Positions 33,114 through 42,775 of a stretch of DNA of 64,000 nt are shown here, one piece after another. A program made the position numbers and the translations under genes. The stretch's first letter is position 1. Each line of letters starts with the position of its first letter. Under the pieces are notes generated by a model. It searched no databases. It worked only from the letters and a program-made list of their open reading frames with translations, and had not been told where the DNA came from. This stretch comes from an uncultured Pelagibacteraceae bacterium (GTDB taxonomy: Bacteria > Pseudomonadota > Alphaproteobacteria > Pelagibacterales > Pelagibacteraceae), in contig CACFTE010000004.1 of assembly GCA_902569105.1 (NCBI GenBank), positions 6,303 through 70,302 of the forward strand. The letters are read 5' to 3'.

Positions 33114-34366
33114 TAGTGTGCTACTGCTGCTGCGCCGTGTTCATCTACAAGATCACCACTTACAAATCTATTTAAGTTGAACGCAGCATTTAATTTGTGT
33201 GGCTCATTGTTTGCAATTGTGTGAGCAAATAAGTCCCCCGAACCTGGAGTTGCCTTAAATCCTCCTGTGCCCCAGCCACAATTAAAATACAAACCTTTTA
33301 TATTAGTTTTACTAATTATTGGACTAGCATCTGGACAAATATCAACAATTCCTCCCCACTGTCTCAACATTTTCATTCTACTGAATATCGGATAAAGTTC
33401 TAAAATTGCTTTTAAAGTTCCTTCTACTATATCATGACTACCTCTTTGAGTATAAGAAACATAAGCATCTGTTCCTGCACCAATGACCAATTCTCCTTTA
33501 TCCGATTGACTTACATAAGCATGAACAGCATTAGACATAACAACAGTATCTATAATGGGTTTTACTGGCTCAGAAACTAACGCTTGGAGAGGTTTGCTTT
33601 CAAGCGGCAACCTAATTCCAGCCATGTTTGCTATTACACTTGAATGTCCAGCTGCAACAACTCCAATTTTTTTTGTTTTAATAAATCCTTTTGTTGTTTC
33701 TATACCTTCAACAGTATCACCGTTTCTTTTGATACCTTTAACTTCACAATTTTGAATTATATCTACGCCCATTGCATCTGCACCTCTCGCATATCCCCAA
33801 GCAACTGCATCGTGTCTTGCTGTACCTGCTCTTCGTTGAAGTGTACCTCCTAAAACAGGATATCTGATATCAGGAGAAGTATTTATAATTGGACAAAACT
33901 TTTTAACTTCTTCTGTAGAAAGCCATACTGCATCTATTCCATTCAATCTATTTGCGTGAGTTCTCCTTTTTAGATCTCTAACATCTTGAAGGTTGTGTGC
34001 AAGATTCATAACTCCCCTTTGACTAAACATTACGTTATAATTTATTTCTTGAGATAAATTTTCCCATAATTTAAGAGCATGATCATACAAACCAGCACTA
34101 GCATCCCATAAATAGTTTGATCTTATGATAGTTGTATTACGTCCAGTATTTCCACCACCAATCCAACCTTTTTCAACAACAGCAATATTTTTCATATTAT
34201 GTTTTTTGGCTAAGTAAAAAGCTGTTGCTAATCCATGTCCTCCGCCACCGACAATTACAGCTTCATATTCTTTTTTTGGTTCAGGATCTCTCCATGCTTG
34301 TTGCCAATTCTCATGATAAGTAAATGAATTCTTTATTAAAGAAATTATGGAATAATTATTTTTCAT
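33113..34366 (-). CDS. soxB: Sarcosine oxidase subunit beta
   Basis: [41 protein letters not shown]. Confidence 0.97.
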   Translation of the reverse strand: MKNNYSIISLIKNSFTYHENWQQAWRDPEPKKEYEAVIVGGGGHGLATAFYLAKKHNMKNIAVVEKGWIGGGNTGRNTTIIRSNYLWDASAGLYDHALKLWENLSQEINYNVMFSQRGVMNLAHNLQDVRDLKRRTHANRLNGIDAVWLSTEEVKKFCPIINTSPDIRYPVLGGTLQRRAGTARHDAVAWGYARGADAMGVDIIQNCEVKGIKRNGDTVEGIETTKGFIKTKKIGVVAAGHSSVIANMAGIRLPLESKPLQALVSEPVKPIIDTVVMSNAVHAYVSQSDKGELVIGAGTDAYVSYTQRGSHDIVEGTLKAILELYPIFSRMKMLRQWGGIVDICPDASPIISKTNIKGLYFNCGWGTGGFKATPGSGDLFAHTIANNEPHKLNAAFNLNRFVSGDLVDEHGAAAVAH

Positions 34367-34379
34367 TTTTTCATCATAA

Positions 34380-34430
34380 TTACTTTATAAATATTGAATA
34401 TTCAATGGTTTCAAGTTACACAGTAGATAT
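34380..34430. repeat. Direct repeat copy 1 (putative bidirectional promoter)
   Basis: TTACTTTATAAATATTGAATATTCAATGGTTTCAAGTTACACAGTAGATAT; 45/51 identical to 36391-36441 by manual alignment. Confidence 0.9.
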
Positions 34431-34462
34431 AATATTTCAATGTTTACGGTCTTTATAATTGT

Positions 34463-35509
34463 ATGTCAGTTGTAATAATAACAGGCTCATGTGGCTTAGT
34501 TGGATCAGAGTCAGTTGAATTTTTTTGTCAAAAGGGTTTTGATGTTATTGGCATTGATAATGATTCAAGAAGGAAATTCTTTGGAAAAGCAGCTTCGGTA
34601 AGTTGGAAAAAAAAAGAAATTTTAAGAAAATTTAAAAATTATACTCATTTTCAAAAAGATATAATTAATAAAAGTGAAATAGAAAAAATTTTTAAAAAAT
34701 ATAAAAAAAATATTTCCCTTATAATTCACGCTGCAGCGCAGCCCTCACATGACTATGCAAAAAAAAATATTGAGTTAGATTTTCGCGTTAATTCATTAGG
34801 AACATTAAATTTACTCGAATTAACAAAAAAATTCTGTGTAAATGCACCCTTTATATTTATGTCAACAAATAAAGTATATGGTGACAATCCTAATAATTTA
34901 AAATTAATTGAAAAAAAGTTTAGATGGGAAATTAAAGATAAAAAATATTTTAATGGTATTGATGAAAATTTTAATCTCGATCAATGTACACATAGTTTTT
35001 TTGGTGTTTCAAAACTTTACTCAGATATTTTGGTTCAGGAATACGGAAAAAATGTTGGATTAAAAACTGTATGTTTTAGAGCAGGTTGTATAACTGGCCC
35101 TAATCATAGTGGTACCCAACTTCATGGTTTTTTGTCTTTTCTTGTCAAAGAATGCATTACCAAAAAAAAATATACAATTATAGGTCACAAAGGTAAGCAA
35201 GTTAGAGACAATATTCATAGCAGTGATTTAATAAACTGTTTCTGGGAATTTTATAAAAAACCTAAATCTGGAGAAGTTTTTAATATAGGTGGAGGTACGT
35301 TTTCTAATTGTTCAATTTTGGAGGCAATTAATCTTGTTGAGGTCGAGACTAAACAAAATATTAAAAAAGAATATTTAAAAACTAGCAGGGTAGGAGATCA
35401 CATTTGGTATGTATCAAACATAAGCAAGTTTAAAAAAACATATTCTAATTGGAAACAAAAATATAATACTGAAAAAATTATAAATGAGTTAATAAAATAT
35501 TATTATTAA
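34463..35509 (+). CDS. NAD-dependent nucleotide-sugar epimerase/dehydratase (CDP-tyvelose/paratose epimerase-like)
   Basis: ITGSCGLVG, HAAAQ, STNKVYGD, GKQVRD, FNIGGG, RVGD. Confidence 0.9.
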   Translation: MSVVIITGSCGLVGSESVEFFCQKGFDVIGIDNDSRRKFFGKAASVSWKKKEILRKFKNYTHFQKDIINKSEIEKIFKKYKKNISLIIHAAAQPSHDYAKKNIELDFRVNSLGTLNLLELTKKFCVNAPFIFMSTNKVYGDNPNNLKLIEKKFRWEIKDKKYFNGIDENFNLDQCTHSFFGVSKLYSDILVQEYGKNVGLKTVCFRAGCITGPNHSGTQLHGFLSFLVKECITKKKYTIIGHKGKQVRDNIHSSDLINCFWEFYKKPKSGEVFNIGGGTFSNCSILEAINLVEVETKQNIKKEYLKTSRVGDHIWYVSNISKFKKTYSNWKQKYNTEKIINELIKYYY

Positions 35510-36345
35510 AATTTTGTAATATCGCAATAAATCCATGGCCAGTATTTAACTTTAGCATATTTACTAAACCAAAAGGGCATGTATCTTTCAGTTAAAAACG
35601 AATATATTCTTTGTTGACCATATCCTTTAAGATCAAATCCAAAAATCTTTTCACACTTAAACAACCATTCAAATAAATCAGAATAAAAATTTTTGATTAT
35701 TTTTGGTTTATTTGAAAAAAAAATACAATGACCACTTAAGAATGTATTTTCAGTTATATATTTTACAAAATCTTTCTTATCTTTTTTTGGTAATTCATTT
35801 ATGGCTTTTTTCAAATTATTATACCCGTGAAACATTTCAAAATGTAACTTTATGTTATGTTTTCTTTTATCGAAAAAAATTAAAGGGTCATTTATTAATG
35901 ATCTAAAACCCCTTTTTATTAATTTAGATTTTTTTTTAACACCCACATTCCATGGATCGCATAGAATAACATCATAATTTTTCCAATCTTCATCAGGTTC
36001 CTTTTGTAACATTTTTTCTAAGTCATTAATGTTATTGATATTTGGATAAAAACCCTGTCTACCAGCGCTGTTATCTATGTATTTTTTAAACTTATATTTA
36101 ACAAAATACCTTCTATACTGACACATTCCAAACCAACTATCAGTATCATATTTTTCCAATACATTTTTCCAATACCAATAATGAAAAGATGTTTCAGAGT
36201 AACTTGTATTTTTATAGGCTATATTTTCACCAGAATTTTCTAATATATAATCACTTGGAAATTCAGATTTCCCTACACCAAAAGGAATTAATCCCAGTTT
36301 ATTTATATCTTTAATTGGTCGATGTGTTATACAATAAATCTTCAT
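35506..36345 (-). CDS. DUF4422-domain putative glycosyltransferase
   Basis: KIYCITH, NIAYKN..YSE..FHYWYWKN, GMCQYRRYF, RIYSFLTER. Confidence 0.82.
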   Translation of the reverse strand: MKIYCITHRPIKDINKLGLIPFGVGKSEFPSDYILENSGENIAYKNTSYSETSFHYWYWKNVLEKYDTDSWFGMCQYRRYFVKYKFKKYIDNSAGRQGFYPNINNINDLEKMLQKEPDEDWKNYDVILCDPWNVGVKKKSKLIKRGFRSLINDPLIFFDKRKHNIKLHFEMFHGYNNLKKAINELPKKDKKDFVKYITENTFLSGHCIFFSNKPKIIKNFYSDLFEWLFKCEKIFGFDLKGYGQQRIYSFLTERYMPFWFSKYAKVKYWPWIYCDITKF

Positions 36346-36390
36346 AACTTATTTAAAGAGAAATTTTTTGAATTAAAAACAATTTAAACT

Positions 36391-36441
36391 TTACTTTATT
36401 AATATTGAATATTCAACGATTTCAAGTTAGACATTATATAT
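36391..36441. repeat. Direct repeat copy 2 (putative bidirectional promoter, drives tRNA-Ser)
   Basis: TTACTTTATTAATATTGAATATTCAACGATTTCAAGTTAGACATTATATAT; ends 2 nt before the tRNA. Confidence 0.9.
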
Positions 36442-36443
36442 TA

Positions 36444-36538
36444 GGAAGGATGGGTGAGTTGGTTTAAACCAGCGGTTTGCTAAACCGCCGTACGTTTGAA
36501 AAGGCGTACCGAGGGTTCGAATCCCTCTCCTTCCGCCA
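36444..36538 (+). tRNA. tRNA-Ser(GCT)
   Basis: Acceptor GGAAGGA/TCCTTCC-G-CCA; anticodon arm GCGGT-TTGCTAA-ACCGC; long variable arm GTACG..CGTAC; T arm GAGGG-TTCGAAT-CCCTC. Confidence 0.97.
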
Positions 36539-36579
36539 TATTTTCTTTACATCTTTACAAATTTTAATATTATCCATAG

Positions 36580-36897
36580 ATGAGATATCTATTAATTCTA
36601 TTTATTTTAATCCTTACAAATAGTTCTTTTGCAGAAATAACTGATAAGAGAGTCTATGATAATTTCTATAAAAGCTGCATGCTAGAAAAAGATCCAGCTT
36701 TTACTTATCAAGAAATGTCTACTTATTGTGAATGCACTGGTAAGGCTGTAATGAAAAATTTCACAGTGAAAGAGTTGATGATATTAGAAGGAAAAATAGC
36801 TGCAGCAGGAAGCGATGAGGAGGAATTTAAAGTAGCTGCAACGAATGATAAGTTTATGAATTTAGTTATTGATTGTGTTTCAAAAATAATTAATTAA
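36580..36897 (+). CDS. Small exported hypothetical protein with four Cys
   Basis: Signal peptide ending SSFA; KSC...YCECT...DC. Confidence 0.8.
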   Translation: MRYLLILFILILTNSSFAEITDKRVYDNFYKSCMLEKDPAFTYQEMSTYCECTGKAVMKNFTVKELMILEGKIAAAGSDEEEFKVAATNDKFMNLVIDCVSKIIN

Positions 36898-36904
36898 TTA
36901 TTTC

Positions 36905-39121
36905 CTAATATAAAGGATCGTTTTTAAAAAAGTTTTTCAATTTTATAGGTTTTTGCTCTAAAATATACCTATAGACATTGTAGTTTTCCAAAACTCTTTG
37001 AACATAATTTCTAGTCTCTTCAAATCTTATAAGTTCTATCCAATTAACATAATCAATTTCATTTTTTTGAGGATTTTTATTAATTTTTTTCCAATATCTT
37101 ACTCTTTTAGGGCCCGCATTATAAGCAGCTATTGCAAAAGGATAGGCACCATCATATTCTAGTATTAATCCAGCAATATAATGAGAGCCAAGATTAATAT
37201 TGTATTCAGGATCAGTTGTTAGTCGTGATTTAGAATATGGGAGCTTTGCTTGTTTTGCTACAACTTTAGCTGTGTAAGGCATTAATTGCATAAGCCCCTT
37301 TGCACCTGCCCAACTATTGGCACTTAAATCAAATTCACTTTCTTGTCTTATAATGGACAAAATAAAAGCAGGTTCAGGGATTTTTCTACCATTAATATAT
37401 TTTGGAGTGCTAATAATTGGATAATTATACTTATTGTGAAATCGATGTTCATAAGATGCAATTTTTGAAACTTGAATAGCAAAATCATATCTACCAATCT
37501 CTGTAGCTAATTTGGCAGCAAGAATTTCAGTCCCTAATGTTATATTTTCTAGTGCAATATGTCTCAATATATGTTTTGTATGCTTATCTTTGTCGAGTTC
37601 ATCAAGTAAATAAATAATTTTCACTAATTCTTTTGTATTAAACTTTTCTATAGTATCTTTATCGACTTCCATTAAATTTTCTAATTCAAATAATTTATTA
37701 GGATAGATTTTCATATGAGATAACTGACCATAATATGTTGTTAGATACTTAGAGCCTTCTTTAAACCATTCATCTGATTTTTCTTTAGAACCTAATTTCT
37801 CATATGTTTTACCTAGCCAATATGCACCTCTTGATAAACTGATTGGATAAGAGACGTTATTCGTGAAGTTTAAAAAATGTTCTTCCGCTAACACTGGATC
37901 ATTTAAAAAGCTTAGAGCTATCCATCCGCTCATCCATTCAGCCTCAGCATACTCTGGACCTTCATTTAAAGCGTGCTTACTAGAAATTTTATAAGCTAGT
38001 TCGTACTTTTTTTTATAAATAAGAGACCTTGCAATTATTTCTCTTTCTTTCCACCATTTATCAGGCCGCACAAGGTATTTTTCAGTATTTTTAATTTTTG
38101 TTAAAATTTCAACAGAACTATCAACTCTTCCTCTTTTTCTTCGCCATTTTAATCTATCATAATTTAATCCAGCATCATTTTTATATTTATTAGGCACTTT
38201 ACTTATAGCCTGATCAACACCATAAGATTTACTCATTAACAATTGTCTTGCTGTATACAGAAGCTCCTCATCTTTTGGCAAATACCTCAACATTCTTCTT
38301 AAGTCCCAATTTTTACCTTCCCATGCAAGATAGTCTGCTCTTTTAATATAATCAGAAGTATTTAAATATTTTTTAAAACGTTTTCTAAAATGACGCAAAT
38401 CACTTTTAGTTAAGTCTGCAGTAATCCATCCAGATTTAATTAATGAAACGCCTTTTTCAATTTGTCCGTCTTTAATCAGACTTTCTCCAAACATCATCAT
38501 TCCATAACCACTCAATGGATCATTTTTTTCAAATAAATCAATTATCTGTTTGTGAGAAATTTTATCAGATGATAATTTATGTTCAGCTAAATACTTAATT
38601 CTACCAATTCTCGGATAATTTGAATTTTTCTTAATAAAATTATTATATTCATTAAATGTAGCTTTATTTCCAGTTGTTAATAAGTGTTTCCATTGTATAA
38701 AATTATAAATTGACTTGTCTTTTGCCCTCCATGCTTCTTTTAATGCGTCATACCATTTAGATTGTTCCATCAACTTTATTGCTTTTTTAGCTTTAACTAC
38801 GTCTTTCTCTGAGTAATATTTCGATTTTTTGGGAGGTTTTATCTTTGTAACAATTATTGGTTTTGGCAACGGAAGTATTACGCCATTCTTCTTTTTAGTA
38901 ATTTTAAGATCTTCTTTTTTAATTTGATCAACTACAATTTCTTCTTTGGCTAAAATTGGCTTTTTTTTAGGTAGTAAATAGTTAATTTTATTAAGATTAA
39001 TATCATATTTTTGCATTGTTGGTTTATTTTTTGGAATAATCAACTCCGTACCAAAAGCAAAATTTAAATAGTTTACAATAACGATATTTATTACTATTAA
39101 TTTTATTATTTTAAGTTTCAT
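36905..39121 (-). CDS. Soluble lytic murein transglycosylase (Slt-like)
   Basis: IIRQES, GAKGLMQLMP, AYNAGP, ETRNYVQRV; N-terminal superhelical region. Confidence 0.94.
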   Translation of the reverse strand: MKLKIIKLIVINIVIVNYLNFAFGTELIIPKNKPTMQKYDINLNKINYLLPKKKPILAKEEIVVDQIKKEDLKITKKKNGVILPLPKPIIVTKIKPPKKSKYYSEKDVVKAKKAIKLMEQSKWYDALKEAWRAKDKSIYNFIQWKHLLTTGNKATFNEYNNFIKKNSNYPRIGRIKYLAEHKLSSDKISHKQIIDLFEKNDPLSGYGMMMFGESLIKDGQIEKGVSLIKSGWITADLTKSDLRHFRKRFKKYLNTSDYIKRADYLAWEGKNWDLRRMLRYLPKDEELLYTARQLLMSKSYGVDQAISKVPNKYKNDAGLNYDRLKWRRKRGRVDSSVEILTKIKNTEKYLVRPDKWWKEREIIARSLIYKKKYELAYKISSKHALNEGPEYAEAEWMSGWIALSFLNDPVLAEEHFLNFTNNVSYPISLSRGAYWLGKTYEKLGSKEKSDEWFKEGSKYLTTYYGQLSHMKIYPNKLFELENLMEVDKDTIEKFNTKELVKIIYLLDELDKDKHTKHILRHIALENITLGTEILAAKLATEIGRYDFAIQVSKIASYEHRFHNKYNYPIISTPKYINGRKIPEPAFILSIIRQESEFDLSANSWAGAKGLMQLMPYTAKVVAKQAKLPYSKSRLTTDPEYNINLGSHYIAGLILEYDGAYPFAIAAYNAGPKRVRYWKKINKNPQKNEIDYVNWIELIRFEETRNYVQRVLENYNVYRYILEQKPIKLKNFFKNDPLY

Positions 39122-39160
39122 ATTTTTTTAATGAATCTGTAAATTATGTTATAAGGATTT

Positions 39161-40042
39161 ATGTTTAAAGGATCAAATGTAGCATTAATTACTCCATTCA
39201 CTAATAATAAAGTGGATGAGGAAAAATATATAAAAATTATCAATTTTCATCTTGAAAATGGCACTAATGGGCTAGTTCCAGTAGGCACCACAGGAGAGTC
39301 GCCAACTTTGTCCCATGTTGAACACCAAAAGTTAATTGAATTATGTATAAAAGAGTCAAATGGTAAAATTCCAGTTATAGCAGGGACAGGATCAAATTCT
39401 ACTGAAGAAGCAATTTCTTTAACAAAACATGCAGAAAAAGCAGGATCAGATGGAGCATTAGTGGTAACCCCATATTATAATAAACCAACTCAAGAAGGTT
39501 TATATCAACACTATAAAGCTATTAACGATAGTTGTGGGATTCCAATTATTATTTACAACATACCGTCAAGATCAGTAATCGACATGTCAGTTGAAACTAT
39601 GGCTAGGTTATTTGAGTTAAAAAATATAGTTGGTGTAAAGGATGCAACTGGTGATCTTGATAGAGTAAATAAACAAAAAACAAAGATGGGTAATGAATTT
39701 ATTCAATTAACAGGAAACGACGATAATGCTTTAGAATTTAATAAACGAGGTGGAGTTGGGACAATTAGTGTTACTGCAAACATTGCACCAAAATTATGTT
39801 CAGACTTTCAAAAATTTTCAAAATCAACAAATCCAAATGAATTTCAAGAAGCTGAAAGATTAGATGAAATTCTTCAACCTCTTCATAAAAATTTATTTAT
39901 AGAAAGTAATCCTTCACCAGTTAAATATGTAGCTAAATTAATGGGATTGTGTGATGATGCTGTTCGTTTGCCATTAGTTACTTGTACTGATAAAACAAAG
40001 AAAATTTTAGAAGAAATTTCGAAAAAAGCACAATTAATTTAG
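39161..40042 (+). CDS. dapA: 4-hydroxy-tetrahydrodipicolinate synthase
   Basis: GTTGESPTL, PYYNKP, YNIPSR, GVKDATG, ESNPSPVK. Confidence 0.97.
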   Translation: MFKGSNVALITPFTNNKVDEEKYIKIINFHLENGTNGLVPVGTTGESPTLSHVEHQKLIELCIKESNGKIPVIAGTGSNSTEEAISLTKHAEKAGSDGALVVTPYYNKPTQEGLYQHYKAINDSCGIPIIIYNIPSRSVIDMSVETMARLFELKNIVGVKDATGDLDRVNKQKTKMGNEFIQLTGNDDNALEFNKRGGVGTISVTANIAPKLCSDFQKFSKSTNPNEFQEAERLDEILQPLHKNLFIESNPSPVKYVAKLMGLCDDAVRLPLVTCTDKTKKILEEISKKAQLI

Positions 40043-40045
40043 TTA

Positions 40046-40516
40046 ATGAACATAAAAAAAAACAATGGTTTAAAAATCATTTGTTTAAATAGAAAAGCAA
40101 GTTTCAATTATTTTTTAATTGAATTAATTGAAGCAGGACTTGTTCTTAAAGGATCTGAAATAAAATCAGTAAGAAACGGAAAAGTTAATATTGCTGACTC
40201 TTATGGAATTGAAAAAGATGGTGAAATATATTTAATTAATTCTCATATACCAGTCTATAAAGAGGCAAGTTATTCAAATCATAATCCTTATGCAGAACGT
40301 AAATTGTTACTAAATAAGCGAGAGATTAATAAATTGATTGGAAAGATTAATAAAGAGGGTTTAACAATAGTTCCAACTAAGATGTATTTTAAAAAAGGTA
40401 AAGCAAAAGTCGAAATTGCTGTTGCCAAGGGAAAAAAGAATTATGATAAAAGACAGACAAAAAAAACAAAAGATTGGAATCGTGAAAAAGCAAGATTTTT
40501 TAGAAAAACAAGTTAG
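40046..40516 (+). CDS. smpB: SsrA-binding protein
   Basis: [35 protein letters not shown]. Confidence 0.97.
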   Translation: MNIKKNNGLKIICLNRKASFNYFLIELIEAGLVLKGSEIKSVRNGKVNIADSYGIEKDGEIYLINSHIPVYKEASYSNHNPYAERKLLLNKREINKLIGKINKEGLTIVPTKMYFKKGKAKVEIAVAKGKKNYDKRQTKKTKDWNREKARFFRKTS

Positions 40517-41009
40517 ATCAAGTTATTTAGGGATAGGATCAAATTTGGGCGATAAATATGAAAATATTGAAAAAGCAAAAATCTTATTAAACAAACATAA
40601 TATTTATATTGTAGATGCATCGAATTATTATGAAACACCTTCCTGGCCAAATAAGAAATTACCAAAATTTTTTAATATTGTTATTAAAATTAAAACTCAA
40701 TTATCATTAATAGAGTTATTCAATATTATTAAAAAAATAGAGAAAAATATTGGCAGAAAAAAAACTTTTAGGAATCAACCAAGAGTTTGCGATATAGATA
40801 TTATTGATTTTAAAGGATTGTATAAAAAAGCTAGTTTCAGGGGACAAAAAATAGAATCTCCACACCCAAGGATGCACACTAGAAATTTTGTTATATTTCC
40901 ACTTTATGAATTAGATAAAACTTGGTTTCATCCAAAAAAAAAGGCAAATATCAATAGTTTAATCGGTCAATTTAATAAATTGGACTTTTCTGACATTAGA
41001 ATTGTTTAG
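40482..41009 (+). CDS. folK: HPPK (2-amino-4-hydroxy-6-hydroxymethyldihydropteridine kinase)
   Basis: [32 protein letters not shown]; start uncertain, GTG 40482 chosen. Confidence 0.92.
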   Translation: MKKQDFLEKQVRSSYLGIGSNLGDKYENIEKAKILLNKHNIYIVDASNYYETPSWPNKKLPKFFNIVIKIKTQLSLIELFNIIKKIEKNIGRKKTFRNQPRVCDIDIIDFKGLYKKASFRGQKIESPHPRMHTRNFVIFPLYELDKTWFHPKKKANINSLIGQFNKLDFSDIRIV

Positions 41010-41029
41010 ATTTAATGGTATAGTAAGTC

Positions 41030-42775
41030 ATGTTAAAATCAGATGATTTAATTAATAAGATTAAAATATACAATAAATTCCTTAATCCAGAGACTTTATC
41101 AAAAGCTTATGATTTTGCTGTAAAAGCTCATGCAGATCAAAAAAGATATTCTGGAGATCCCTATGTTATTCATCCAGTCGCGGTAGCAGATATTTTGACG
41201 GAATTAAAACTTGATAGCGCAACAATTGCTACAGGTTTATTACATGATACCATTGAAGACACGCATGCAACTTATAATACAATTGTAAAAGAATTTGGTA
41301 CAGAAGTTGCAGATTTAGTTGATGGTGTAACCAAAATTAGTGTTTTAGAAAATCAAGCTACTACATCAACAAAAGCTGAAAATTTTAGAAAATTAATTTT
41401 AGCTACTTCAAAAGATATAAGAGTTCTATTAGTAAAACTCGCAGACAGATTGCATAATATGCGAACTATAGATGCAATAGAAAATAGTGAAAAAAAAGAA
41501 CGAATTGCGAAAGAAACAATGGAAATTTACGCGCCTTTAGCTGACAGGATGGGAATGAATAGAATTCGAGATGAACTTGAAGATTTATCTTTTGGAGTTC
41601 TTAATGCTAAGGCTAAACAAATGATTAAGGACAGACTTGATGATATAAAAGATAAAAATCTTTTAAACTTTAAAAATTTATCCGTTGAATTTCAAAATTT
41701 GTTAAATGAAAATAATTTAACCTGTAAAATTTTTGGTAGAGAAAAAACAACCTTCTCTATATGGAGAAAAATACAAAGAAAGCGTACATCTTTAGAGCAA
41801 ATTACAGATATTATGGGTTTCAGAATTATAATGAGCAATATAGAAGACTGCTATAAGGCTTTAGGTATATTTCATAGTAATTACAATTGTATACCAGGAA
41901 GATTTAAAGATTATATTTCTTCTCCAAAAATTAATAATTATCAATCAATACATACTGCAATTATTGGACCTAATAAAAGACCAATAGAAATACAACTAAG
42001 AACAATGGCTATGCATGAGTTTGCTCAAAGGGGTATAGCATCCCACTGGCAATATAAGTCTTCTGAAAAAGTAAATTCTTTAACTTGGAAAGAATATGAC
42101 TGGCTAGCAGATTTGGTAGAAATTTTAGATAAAAACGAAAATCCAGAGGATTTTTATGAATATACAAAACTCCAAATGTTTCAAGACAATGTTTTTTGTT
42201 TTACTCCGAAAGGTTCTGTAATCAAATTACCTAAAGATGCAACACCAATTGATTTTGCTTATGCTGTTCATACACAAATAGGTGATACTGCGATAGGATG
42301 TGAAATTAATGGAAAGGATAGTCCAATACAGTCTATACTAAGAAATGGGGATGTAGTTAAAATTATTACATCAAAAAAAGTTTCACCCTCATTACATTGG
42401 ATAAGTACTACAAAAACTGGAAAAGCTAGAGCTGCTATAAGAAGATATTGGCAATATAGGGAAAACTATAAATCACTTAAATCCAAACAATATAATACAA
42501 CATTGTGGATTTCACTACCAGATTTACCTGGTCAACTAGGTGATGTTACAAGCTTGATTGGTCAAAATAAAATGAATATTTCAAGTGTTGAAATGGTTGA
42601 AAAAACAAAAAATACAATTAACTTTAGATTTAATCTAATTATTAATGATTTGAAAAACTTTACAAATTTAATCAGTGAGCTAAAACAAAAAGAATTAAAA
42701 TTCAAAATTATTAGACATAAAAATAAAAAATATGCTTTCTTTAAAAGACTCTTTAGCGGTTTTAAAAAAAACTGA
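41030..42775 (+). CDS. spoT: Bifunctional (p)ppGpp synthetase/hydrolase Rel/SpoT, shortened
   Basis: LLHDTIEDT, KLADRLHNMRT, FKDYI, YQSIHT, EIQLRT; TGS DFAYAVHT; C-terminal ACT. Confidence 0.95.
   Translation: MLKSDDLINKIKIYNKFLNPETLSKAYDFAVKAHADQKRYSGDPYVIHPVAVADILTELKLDSATIATGLLHDTIEDTHATYNTIVKEFGTEVADLVDGVTKISVLENQATTSTKAENFRKLILATSKDIRVLLVKLADRLHNMRTIDAIENSEKKERIAKETMEIYAPLADRMGMNRIRDELEDLSFGVLNAKAKQMIKDRLDDIKDKNLLNFKNLSVEFQNLLNENNLTCKIFGREKTTFSIWRKIQRKRTSLEQITDIMGFRIIMSNIEDCYKALGIFHSNYNCIPGRFKDYISSPKINNYQSIHTAIIGPNKRPIEIQLRTMAMHEFAQRGIASHWQYKSSEKVNSLTWKEYDWLADLVEILDKNENPEDFYEYTKLQMFQDNVFCFTPKGSVIKLPKDATPIDFAYAVHTQIGDTAIGCEINGKDSPIQSILRNGDVVKIITSKKVSPSLHWISTTKTGKARAAIRRYWQYRENYKSLKSKQYNTTLWISLPDLPGQLGDVTSLIGQNKMNISSVEMVEKTKNTINFRFNLIINDLKNFTNLISELKQKELKFKIIRHKNKKYAFFKRLFSGFKKN

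Noticed and set aside
34380-36441. The palindromic direct repeat as a CRISPR array
   Set aside because: Only two copies, about 2 kb apart with genes between them, and no cas genes.
36444-36905. tRNA-Ser as a prophage or island attachment site
   Set aside because: No integrase and no repeat of the tRNA 3' end were seen. The only repeat found is the upstream promoter-like one.
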